DNA from: Cetorhinus maximus | Lineage: Eukaryota | NCBI RefSeq assembly: GCF_964194155.1 | Contig: NC_135881.1 | Location: forward strand, 168,702,001 to 168,766,000 | Reading direction: 5' to 3' | Length of the DNA stretch: 64,000 bases | Shown here: positions 25,316 through 35,968 of the stretch, piece by piece | How the letters are laid out: every line of letters starts with the position of its first letter | Numbering within the stretch: position 1 is the stretch's first letter | Position numbers and translations under genes: made by a program | The notes under the pieces: generated by a model | The model's database searches: none | Seen by the model: the letters and a program-made list of their open reading frames with translations, nothing else | Told to the model about the DNA's origin: nothing

Positions 25316-25489
25316 TTTGGATATCTCAACTTTGTGGTCATATACTTCTGGACTGACTTCATTACTGTTCAACAGCTCTGTGATTGCTTTATAAAGAACA
25401 TTATTGAGTGTTCTCATTCGGATAGTGTCCTCCTTCTGCACCTTGCGTTGAGGTTTCAATACGTTCTCCAAACTGGAGGGCTTGTAAAA
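25316..25489 (-). CDS. RBFA: RBFA exon 3 (FYKPSSLENVLKPQRKVQKEDTIRMRTLNNVLYKAITELL...EISK)
   Basis: 174 nt, tag/gtatgt boundaries; KEDxxRxRxLNxxLYKA motif. Confidence 0.93.
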
Positions 25490-25629
25490 CTATACAAAAA
25501 CAGCAAATGAAACCAAACAATTGCAAATCGCCAAGATAAATAAGATACTACTTTTTAAACATCAAGGTAGATCCAAACTAGGCCAAATCTAGTGAATTTG
25601 ATTTCATCTCAACTTTAATGTTTCAGCTT

Positions 25630-25880
25630 GGACCAGTCAGTAGTGCTCTCATCTTTAAATCAGAAGGTTATGTACTCAAAGGTCACTACAGAACTTCAGC
25701 ATATGATGAAAGCTAACTCTTCAGTGGTGCTTTGTTGCTTTTCAGATGAAGTGGTCCATTTTCATGTTAAGCAAAATCCCACAACACTTTTCTCCCCACA
25801 TTCAAACCAACATTGCTCACTCAACAAATGTTACCAAAAGTACAGGTTAACTGCTCATTCAACTTGCTACTGTTTTATTA
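25630..25880 (+). mobile_element. Degenerate Deu-type SINE
   Basis: tRNA-like head (tcagaaggttatg..tcaaa) and cttttcagatga core. Confidence 0.4.
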
Positions 25881-27099
25881 ACCCAAGAAGTGTTGCACTG
25901 TGTATTGCACAATTATTTAACTGTTTAAGTAGAAACGTGTTCCTTTAAAGGTTCAAAATTCACACTGACCTAGGCCTGTGTTTGCTTAACAAAGTTTGTG
26001 CTAATGAATTTGAGATAGCAAGTCAGAAGCATCAAGAAACTAGCAACAATAAAGTTCCTGGACATTGCAGTACCCACCAATCATTCCAAACCTAGCTGAC
26101 CCTCAATTCATTCACTTCATTTGGCTAATTATGCTTTATTTTAACTTCCAGGCAGAAATACAGCAAGGCATACAGCTGGTCCATAAAAGAAAAGCAGCAG
26201 GTAGGCTTGATTTATTTTAATGGCCAAGACTCATTAACATGCCATTTGCTCACCCAAACAGTCAAGAAGTCAACATGTAGTGGCTGTCTGGCAGTTAAAA
26301 GGCCACTTTCAGGGACCTGGACAATAATCCTTAGCTCGAGGAAGGGTATTTTCCTTTACTTTTCCCTTAAAAGAAGCAATGGTCTCTGCCTCAACTATTC
26401 CCTGTAGTAAAGTATTCTAAAGATCTTATAATTTATTTATCCTACCCTCTTAGTTTGCTTTCAGGTGAGGAGTTTTAAACTGACCAACCTCAACTCCCAA
26501 ACCAGAGGTTGTTTCCTACTGATATTACAACACTTCATAAATTTAAAAACTTACAGTAAATCTCCCCTAAGCCTCATCCAGTCCATTGAAAAAAGTCCCA
26601 GTACAAGTCTCTTGTCATTGCTATAGTTTCTCATCCCTCTCCCAGGAACTTATCCATCTTCCTTATGAAGGATTACACGAAAACAATACTCATTGAATGC
26701 TTTATAATCTGTTCCAGAGGGAGAGGGAGAGGATCCTGAAAAGAAATACTAGCTCCCAAGATAATCATCTGCCTAAGGATTTTTATTTGCATCCCTATTC
26801 ATAACAATAAACCTACCCAACTAAATCTAAACTTTCATTTTCTCAATTGCAGACTTTCTAAATCTGTGTTTCTCTTAAAATAAAAACTCCAACTCTACAC
26901 TATTCTCATAAGTAAGGACTCTTAAGAATAGATATTTTGGTTACCCTCCTCTATACCCTCTCCAAGGTTACAATATCCTGCATCACATGTGGAGACCAAA
27001 GCCTGGCACAATACACCAACATTTCGTAGTCAAGCATAGTATTAGGTTTTATTTTGCACTGTCCTAGCATTACAACTTAAAACCCAATAGTCTTCCTAA

Positions 27100-29110
27100 T
27101 AGGTTAACTAATGCTGGTGGAAGAGAGGATTTAAACTAATTTGGCAGAGGGAGGGACACCAGGATGAACCTGGTTCAACAAGGGGAGGAATGAGTACTTA
27201 ATTTTCCTCACTAAAATGTATTCAGGAAAGATAGGGAAAGGGGGAAAAAGGAAAGCATGGCAAACTTGATCAGAGATACTTTTATACCACTAGAAAGGTA
27301 TAGGTACAAGAGAGTTCAAACATAGGTTGGTTAGAGTTAAGGAACAATAGAGAAACTATTATGTTGCTGGTTGTATGCTATAGGCTACCAAGTGGTAGGA
27401 AGTAGAGGAGGAAATTTGAAGGCAAATTGCAGTAAGATGCTAGAGCTTTAGAGTAGTGATAATGGAGGACTTCAATTGTCTGAGAAAATAACAGTATAAA
27501 GGACAAAGAGGGGAGGAATTCTTGAAATGTGTACAAGAATTCTCTTGATCAGTTATGTTCCGGGCCTAACTAGAAAGGAAGCAGTGCTGGATCCAGTGCT
27601 GGGAATGAAGTAGAGGAAGTGGAGTACGATTCAATGGTAGGGCATTTGGAAAACTGTGAGCACAATGTCATTAAGGTTTTGAGTAGTTATGACAAAGAAC
27701 CAGAAAATATCAAATGTGCAAATACTCAACTGGGGGAGAGCTAATTTATTTGAATTAAAAATGGATCTAACCAAGGGGACTGGAATGAAGCTTGGCAGGT
27801 AAAAAAGTGAATGAGCAATGGGAAGGCTTCAAAGAGATGATGTGGGTACACGTTAGACATATCCTCACGAGGGAGAAAGAAAAAGGAGAAAGCAAGAGCT
27901 CCCCAAACAACTAAAGATATAGAGATGCGAGAGAAAAAGGAGTTGCAGTTATGTTAGGTTCATTATTCAGTAGAGAGCCAACCTGAATACAAATGGTACT
28001 GAGGGGAACTGAAGAAGGAAGCAAGCAGGGCAAAGAATGAGAACAGATTAGCAAGTAACATAAAAAGGAAGCCAAGAGTCTTTTTAAAAAGATGTAAATA
28101 GGAAAATGGTAGCCACAGGGGGAGGGTTGGGGAAAATTAGGAACCAAAAAGGTGGCAGAGTGCATGGCTGAGTTACTAAATGAGTACTTTGCATCAGTTT
28201 TCATACAGAAGAAGATGCTGTGTTATGACGTGGCAGGTGATGTGTCCCAGGTGCACCAAATCTACAAGGGAAACTTGGCCAAGCTAACAAAATGGTTTTG
28301 CAATTTGTATTTATTACAAGATTTGTGCACTGAATTCAGTAGTAATACGAATTCTTAATTAAACTGACTCCCAACTACACACCCTCTTTAAGGCAACAGT
28401 CCAAAATAGATTTTTAATTTAAATAGCAAGTCAGCACGTTTATTCCAAAGGCTTTGCTCCAACTTTAGTTACTGGGCACAGCAGACTTTTGCAAAAATAG
28501 ACAGATGCTTCCCCAAGGCTGTTTCACACACTCCTGTTAGATCTTACATGGCCCCACAGCATCAACTTTCCTTCCTTATATATGTTTCTCTCTCTTTAAT
28601 CTGTAAATTCCATTGTTCTATATGTCTTTGGAAATGTACTTTCCCCATATTATAAAAATCTTTCATGTTGCTAATATGGTCAGTACCTTTGGGGAAAAAT
28701 AAACATAATAACCTTGCCAGTTAGTTGCAAACATCCTACCATCCCTTTTAAACCCAAACAACTCTTTCACTTATCTAAAAAAATACAAATTTCCTTCACA
28801 CCCTACATGCTAAGGCCTCATCCATGTTTACTCATTAGCATTTCAAATGCCTTTTACCCCTAACTTCTTTTGATAATTTCAAGCTTACACAGACGGAGCC
28901 ATCTACACTCATCCATAAACCTACTTTACAATAAACCACAATAATATTATGAAAATTATCATTTCTTGACAGCTGCTAATGTCACAGTAAAGGAGAAAAT
29001 GCATAGAATAAAAATAGATAAAAAGAATGTACTTAAGAGGTTGGTAGTTCTCAAAGTAGAAAAGTCACCTAGTTGGATACATCCTAGACTGCTAAAGGAA
29101 GAAAAATGGT
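27100..29110 (+). mobile_element. Decayed CR1 LINE (endonuclease to RT linker), split by a solo LTR
   Basis: IMEDFN and MAELLNEYFASVF motifs; sequence resumes after 28975. Confidence 0.7.
28221..28971 (-). mobile_element. Solo LTR (Gypsy-type)
   Basis: TGTTATGA...TCTTGACA termini; 4-bp TSD GCTG at 28217-28220 and 28972-28975. Confidence 0.8.
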
Positions 29111-29421
29111 AAAGAAAAATTGAGTGATTTGATTCATTCAAAGCTGTTGGTGATTGTCTATTTTTAAAATGTAATTTGTTAACATCATGATTGATGGGTA
29201 TCAATTTTGGCTTTTGCTATGACGAGGCAAAATTGATAATTTATGGCTTGAGGCTCGATGAGTACTGTTGAAGCTCTTTACTCCTAGAGAAACCACATGA
29301 ACTCTCTCTATTACACCAACTAAAAGTTTCTTGCATGACTCAAAGACTAGAATTATTTTATCTCGGTCAGAAAAATAATAAATTGTAAACTGCATTTGCT
29401 ATTTACTGAAAAATTTCTTAC

Positions 29422-29464
29422 CAGTTGTGATCCCAGTGTAGGGCTTTCATACCAAAACTTCTTC
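29422..29464 (-). CDS. RBFA: RBFA exon 2 (KKFWYESPTLGSQL)
   Basis: 43 nt, cag/gtaag boundaries; WYESPxLGS motif; phase fits exons 1 and 3. Confidence 0.92.
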
Positions 29465-29515
29465 CTGTATAGACAGTCAAAAAACAATAGGCTGAGCATA
29501 TAAATATTTAAGGTA

Positions 29516-29835
29516 AAAACAAAAAGCTAAAAGCTACCGCGGATGCTGGAAATCCAAAACAAAAACAGAATTACCTGGAAAAACTCAGCAGGTCTGGCAG
29601 CATCGGTGGAGAAGAAAAGAGTTGACGTTTCGAGTCCTCATGACCCTTCGGCAGAACTGAAGTATAGTTAGGAGAGAGGTGAAATATAAGCTGGTCAAAA
29701 GCTTATATTTCACCTCTCTCCTAACTATACTTCAGTTCTGCCGAAGGGTCATGAGGACTCGAAACGTCAACTCTTTTCTTCTCCACCGATGCTGCCAGAC
29801 CTGCTGAGTTTTTCCAGGTAATTCTGTTTTTGTTT
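29516..29835. mobile_element. Young Penelope-terminus fold-back insertion: perfect 137-bp stem, 7-nt loop
   Basis: Arms 29556-29692 and 29700-29836 are exact reverse complements; exact 15-bp TSD taaatatttaaggta at 29501-29515 and 29836-29850. Confidence 0.92.
29734..29772 (+). ncRNA. Minimal hammerhead-like motif (variant core CUGCCGA, GUC site); mirror copy on minus strand at 29620-29658
   Basis: AGTT-CTGCCGA-A-GGGTC(atgag)GACTC-GAAA-C-GTC-AACT. Confidence 0.6.
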
Positions 29836-30490
29836 TAAATATTTAAGGTATTGTTTTAGGCTGGGAGCTACACAGTTACATTGCAGTTGTGAATCGCAAT
29901 TCTACCACCAAACAAGCTCACACACATGCAAAGTTATCCCCATGGAAAATTCTGAAAGTTTTGTCATTGCGGACGGGAATGAACATGGTGGTAGCAAGCT
30001 TAACCCAAGTTCTGTAATTTTAATGAAGACTGGCTCTAATGGTTTAGGATTCATTCTGAAATGACTATTAATTTCCAGTGCCAGTGTAGTTTGCCAAAAT
30101 CTATTTGTTTTTATTCTATGAATATTAAAATGAAACTAAATTATCAATAAAAGGGGCTGTTATAGCAACCTCTGTACTTATAAATACCACAGAAATCTTC
30201 TTGTAATATTCCCAAATGGCAATTAGTTGGCCAACTTAGTTACACTGGATTTTTCCTAAAGATCCACAAGATACATTTCATCATTATTTCCTAACAAATT
30301 ACATAGCACACTATATCAGACCATTGTAATAATGCAGAGATTAAAATGAGCAATTCGACAGCTTGATTCACACTTTAAGATCATTCAACGGAGGAGCAGG
30401 GGGTGGATAAATCAAATTAAGGTTATGTGAACACTACGTAGGTACAGTAGGCCACTTAACCACAACTTGTATTTATATATTCATCAGCAT

Positions 30491-30527
30491 AGTCCTGACG
30501 AAGGGTCATCGACCCGAAACGTTAACT
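30491..30527 (+). ncRNA. Minimal hammerhead ribozyme motif with canonical core, heading a roughly 100-bp Penelope 3' fragment (to about 30590)
   Basis: AGTC-CTGACGA-A-GGGTC(atc)GACCC-GAAA-C-GTT-AACT. Confidence 0.7.
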
Positions 30528-30589
30528 CTTTGTCTCTCTGCAGATACTGCCAGACCTGCTGAGTATTTCCAGCATTTTCTGGTTTTTAT

Positions 30590-31087
30590 TTATTACCTCC
30601 GCCACTGAAGGTGGGCAGAGGTAATATTTTCACCCCTGTCTGTAAACCACATATCTCAAAAACTAAGACATATTTCAACAAAATCTGGTACACAGATAAG
30701 GTATGGCCCAAGAAAGAACTGATTAGTTTCTAGCAAAGGTGCAGATCCAGGCCCTTGAATTTTTTAAAGCATCCATTAACACCGGGAAATAGTGTGAATT
30801 CACTTTTTCCTTTTAAAATGTTGATTATTTTAGAATGTTGTGGGTTGTCTCAGCTGCTGTGGTGGAATTTGTCACAGCTGTCAAAACGTGAGCAGAGTAT
30901 TCAGAGCAGATTGCTAGATGCGGAACTGCTTAAAGCCTCCTCAGTGGGTTCAAAGCTCTTAAAAAAAATAAATTTTCAGCTTTGTGGTTATAAAGCATCA
31001 ACCAGGCAAGAGAAAGCCTCATGAGCTGTCTGATTGTAAAAACGTTGACACACCATGGCAGAGGTATATGCTCTGAGTGCCATCGTT
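30590..31087 (+). mobile_element. Non-autonomous Helentron-type (HINE/DINE-1-like) element
   Basis: 5' subTIR attacctccgcc with nearby inverted copy ggcagaggtaat (30614-30625); 3' subTIR tggcagaggtat (31056-31067) followed by a short stem-loop remnant and TT; T-rich left flank, no TSD. Confidence 0.65.
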
Positions 31088-31564
31088 ATGCAATGTAGTC
31101 ATATCTGAGATTATAATTTTAATTAATTAGGTTTGCATGCTACCACACAGCACAGAATTATACTACCAATTCAAACTGCTCTCAATTTGGAGTAATCAAA
31201 ACTCTATTCATACACGTTTGTTTTCTTCACCAATCTCCAAAATACCGTAAACTCTGACATTGGAATAGATTTGCTCTTTTATTTACCCTGGGTTTTTTTT
31301 AACCACGAAGGCTTGTGACTCAGTTTTGCACTGGCTGTTGGTATAATATGTATCAATACTATACAAAAGCTGAACAAAACTTCTGCTTAAGGAAGACACA
31401 CAGTATAATTGAAACTTCCACTTAAAACACACGCGCAACATTCACATTTTATCAGCGGGAGCAGGGATTTTAAAATCATATACTCGCTTTACCGCCACTC
31501 TGCCACCAAAAAATTATACAAACTACAACGCTGATTATAAATCACGTCAGCACAAAGCACTCAC

Positions 31565-31731
31565 TTTGTTTTGGAGAGGAATTTCTTCAATAAGCTTTTC
31601 TTTGCATACAGATAGCCAGTGGTCTGCACATTCCTGCACTGACTCCCGCTCACCAGCAGACCCTGTAATTTGCGGCAGTCAGCACGCGCCGCACACCTGC
31701 GCAGTGCGCTCGCCACTCCAACCGCTGCCAT
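31565..31731 (-). CDS. RBFA: RBFA exon 1 (MAAVGVASALRRCAARADCRKLQG...SLLKKFLSKTK), mitochondrial presequence-like
   Basis: 167 nt, ATG at 31731, gtgagt donor; LKKFxSKTK motif; the 7 exons total 1107 nt = 368 aa plus stop. Confidence 0.92.
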
Positions 31732-32290
31732 CGGGCCGACTGGGAAGACACGGCGGGGGGTATCCGGAGTGGGGTAAAGGCGAATAGCCAGCCTACAACC
31801 ATGCCCGCTTGTCCATCGCTGTCGAAAGAGGAGTGCGGGTGAAAAGAGAGCTTACTTCTACCCGGAACTCCCCTTATAAGCAGAAAGACACTTCGGCCTT
31901 CAACGTCCTAGCAACTGACATCGTCACGCTCCTCCAGTGGACCCTGCCAGTGCTGCATATACGCGCTTTCACCCAGCAACGGAAACCCTGGTCATTGCTG
32001 CGCGTGCGCGCTTTCGCCCGGTGTAGAAACCTGGTCATTGCTGCGCGTGCGCGGATTTCGCCCGGTGTGGAAACCTGGTCATTGCTGCGCGTGCGCGGAT
32101 TTCGCCTGGCGTGGCAACCTGATTATTGCTGCGCGTGCGCACCATCGCCCTTTCGGATACATGCCATTGCTGCGCATTCGCGTTATTCTCGCCCAATGAT
32201 GCACGTGCGCCCTCCTTTCCCGGCTGTCAATTATCACTGCATTTGAAGCTTGCCCTCGTTGCAACGTGGTGCCGTTGCCGTTTAACACAA
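31732..32290 (-). promoter_or_regulatory. RBFA CpG-island promoter region
   Basis: High CpG density directly upstream of the ATG; CCGGAA (ETS/GABP-like) at 31862; NRF1-like sites. Confidence 0.7.
31939..32220. repeat. 44-bp tandem repeat (4 conserved units plus about 3 degenerate), each conserved unit carrying TGCGCGTGCGC
   Basis: Units start at 31981, 32025, 32069 and 32113; motif at 31999, 32042, 32086 and 32130. Confidence 0.85.
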
Positions 32291-32601
32291 GGTTTACACT
32301 GGAGTTCTCAAGATGTTTGATTTGTGAAAAGCAGAATAATGTGGATATTGGACATCTGAAATAAATCAGAAAATACTCATCAGGTCTGACAACATCTGTG
32401 GAGAGAGAAATAGAGTCAACGTTTCAGGTTGATGTCCTTTTATTAGAACTTGGAAAAGTTAGAGTTATAATAGGTTTTAAGCAAGGGATGAGTGGGATAA
32501 AGGAAAGGTCTGTGATAGGTTGGAACACAGGAGAGATTGAATGACAGAAGAACTAGTGATAGGGCCAAAGGGGATGGTGCTGGGGCAAGAAAAGAAACAA
32601 A

Positions 32602-33823
32602 GGGCCATAACTTCTGAGCTCCAGGGGATCATTTTGGGGGTGTTATCCCAAAGATGCGCTGGGGAATCACCTTCGGAGGTTCACAGGTAAGGTTTGCATG
32701 GTAATGACCCAGAGATGCATCTGCCCCTGGGCAATTGCCCTACACTGGAAACCATCTGAAAATGCAATTTAAATCGCAAACTTTGGATGGTTCTGATTGG
32801 GTTACATCAATAGTTACCCAGAAGAAGATGGAAGAATTAAAACCTCTTCTAACTTCGGGGAAACTATTGTACAGAACCACAGGACTCCCCCAACCTCCAC
32901 CACCACCCCCCCCCCCCCCCCCAAGCCAGGTCTCCCTCCACAGCCCCCACAGGACTCCTCCCACCCCCAAGGGATTACAACCCCCAACAGGGACTCCACA
33001 ACCCACGGGATTCCCCACCCCTGTGAGGGCTCTTACCAGCCCCCATCCGATCAGGCTCAACTTTCACCATCATCCCCAGGGCCGACATGACCTAACCCCC
33101 CATCCCCCACTGAAACCTGACCCAACAGCCCTCTCCGAAGACTGACATCTACACCCCCCCCCCCCCAACCATGACGCCCAACACCCCACACCCCCCCTGA
33201 GGCCCAACCTCCCCCTGAGGCCTGACCCTCCCACAAACCGCCCCCCCCACCCCCACAGCCTGAGGCCAGCCCAATGCCCCCATTCCCCTCAAGGCCAGAC
33301 TCCTTCACCTCTCCCCAAGGCCTGACTCCCCCATCCCTCTGAGGCCCCACACTCCCACCCCCACAGCCTGAGGCCAGCCCAATGCCCCCATTCCCCTCAA
33401 GGCCAGACTCCTTCACCTCTCCCCAAGGCCTGACTCCCCCATCCCTCTGAGGCCCCACACTCCCACCCCCACGAGGCCTGACATCTCCAAATGACCCCCA
33501 AAGCCTGACCTCCTCCATCCACAGACCACCCCCAATTCCTACCCACTTGTCTTATACACTTATCTTCTTCCTGGCCTGTCAAGGAACTTTAAATTTCAAT
33601 GGACCTTTAAGTTACCTGGTTTACAGCAGCTAGTGCCATAAAAAAGGGGGCTTCAACTGAGGTCCCCTTCGACGCTAGGCCCCCGGGACAAGCTGCACTA
33701 CTTGGATCTCACCCGGCCTGCGTCGGAAGGTCGGGCGAGACGGGCTGGAAAAGAAATTATGGTAAAATCTAGGAGCGGAGTGGCAATCTGACACTGATTG
33801 CCACTCCGAGGAAGTTCAGGCCC
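32602..33823. mobile_element. PIF/Harbinger-type MITE with C-rich core
   Basis: TIRs gggccataacttc / gaagttcaggccc; both flanking blocks homologous to 14541-15490; TSD ambiguous. Confidence 0.75.
33246..33470. repeat. Exact 108-bp tandem duplication within the MITE core
   Basis: acagcctgaggccagccc at 33255 and 33363; appears as a 36-aa repeat in the spurious ORF 33057-33518. Confidence 0.85.
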
Positions 33824-35968
33824 ATAGAAACGAAATATGTGCCAAGGGCAGGTGTGCTTCTGTTAAAAGAGAAAAACATACATGCAAAGAAAAGGAAACA
33901 AAATGGGGACAGAGTTTACAATCTGAAATTGTTGGACTTAATTTTGACTCCAGAAGGCTGTAGAATGCCTAATTGAAAGATGGGGTGCTGTTCCTCAAGT
34001 GAACACTGAGCTTCTCTGGAACAGTGCAGCAGGCCAAGGATAGAGATGTTAGTGTGAGAGCATTGTGGAGAATCAAAATGACAAGCCACCAGAAGCTCAG
34101 GGTTATGTTTGCAGACTGAACAGAGGTGTTCCGTAAAGCAGTCACCAAACTACTTTTGGTCTCCCCAATGTAGAGGAAAATCCACCTAATGAATTTTAGC
34201 GCACAGCATGACGTTGAGCTATTTGCCTCCATGCCCACTTCTTTGACCAGGAATCCACCGCTGCTCAACAGACCCTTTAACCCACCTCCAGTGTTTCCCT
34301 CCACCTGGACCCCTCCCTCTGGCCTCTCAGCCTATCTTGATCTTTTCATTCAGGACAGCTGGGGTGACACCGGCAGCCTCAATTTCTCTGCTGCCTTCAC
34401 TCAAACCTGTCTTCCTCTGAACTTGCTGCACTCCGTTGCCTCAGGTCCAACCCTGACATTGTTATTAAATCTGCTGAGAAGGGGGGTTCTATTGTTGTCT
34501 GGCGAACAGACCTATCTTGCAGAAGCTAAATGACAACTTTAAAAAATAATTTTAATGTGATGTGGGCATTGCTGTCTAGGCCAGCATTTATTGCCCATCC
34601 CTAGTTGCCCTTGAGAAGGTTTTGGTGAGCTGCCGCCTTGAACCGCTGCTGTCCATGTGGTGTAGGTACATCCACAGTGCTGTTAGGGAGGGAATTCCAG
34701 CATTTTGACCCAGCGACAGTGAAGGAAAAGTGATATATTTCAAGTCAGGATGGTGTGTGGCTTGGAGGCGAACTTGCAGGTGGCGGTGTTCCCATACATT
34801 TACTGCCCTTGGTAGAGGTCCCGGATTTGGAAGGTGCTATTGAAGCAACCTTAGTCAGTTGCTGCAGTGCATTCCTACCTTGACTCCATTTTTTTCCTCT
34901 TGTGTAGCCTCTCCCAACTTATATCCTTGACTCTTCTGATGTCCACAATCACTTTAAAAGTTTCCAATTTCCTGGCCCTAATGTCCCCTCTTCACCCTGA
35001 ATGTCCAATCTCTCTACACCTCCATTTGGTCTGAGGGCTCTCCACTTCTTCCTTGAATGGAGGCTCAAGCAGTTTCCATTGCCCACCACTCCCCTCCACC
35101 TGGCTGAACTTGTTCTCTCAGTGAACAATTTCTCCTTTAATTCATCTCATTCCTCCAAATTAAAGGTGTTGCTATTACCCAAACAGGTCCCCTCCCTCAA
35201 CTCTTCTTCCAGTTCATTGATGACTATATTGGTGCTGTGTCCTGCTCTTGCCCTGAATTGGAAAACTTAATCAATTTTACTTCCAATTTCCACCCTTCTC
35301 TCAGTTTTACACAGTCCATTTCCCACTCTTCCCTTCCATTCCATTCCATTCCTTGACTTCTCTGCCTCCATAGCTGGGATTAGGCTATCAACTTATATTA
35401 ATTATAAGCCCACTGACTTCTGCATCTACCTCAACTACACTTCCTCACGCCTGACCCCTGAAAGGACTCCATTTCATTCTCCCAGTTCCTCTGTCTCCGT
35501 TGCATCTGCTTTGGTGATACAAGCTTCCACACCAGTATTTCTGAGATGTCTTTTTTATGAAATCAGGAATGTTCTGATTTGTACCTTTGTACATTGGGGC
35601 GTTACATCTTATGTCATGATATGTAAATAAAGGTTTTAGGGCAGCAACTATTTTTATACATCATACGGATCAGAACAAGAGGCTGGGGACTAACGTTCCC
35701 ACAAAACAGTTGCACAAAAATAATTAAAGGGACCATGCACTGAAAAACTGGCCAAGCACAACAACAAAGTTTTAAAGGAAACGTTGCTGGGAACTTGAGT
35801 TGGCAGTGTGGGGATAGCAGATGTAAATTTACATTAACCCATTTTTAAACAGCATTTAATGTTCTTATGACAAAAATGTATTTTTGTATTAAATTGTTAT
35901 TATTGACGGCTTTATTTCAGTACGTAGAGTTAATGAGAATTTCGGTGTAAGGTAGGAATGTACCTTTA

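Larger units (their letters stand above)
32327..35560. mobile_element. Old rearranged Penelope-like element: inverted pseudo-LTR/GIY-YIG (minus, to about 34185) joined to plus-strand RT; hosts a MITE and a LINE tail (about 34545-34875)
   Basis: LYIGETK on the minus strand; LAELVLSVNNFSFNS, IPFLDF and YKPTD remnants on the plus strand; decayed hammerhead at about 32413-32450. Confidence 0.75.

Noticed and set aside
29556-29836. Hairpins as pre-miRNA genes or TIR-type MITEs
   Set aside because: Arms are Penelope termini with asymmetric tails and 13-15 bp TSDs, which fits retrotransposition; stems are too long and perfect for a typical pre-miRNA
31939-32220. CRISPR-like array
   Set aside because: Contiguous tandem units with no unique spacers, no cas genes, and a eukaryotic context
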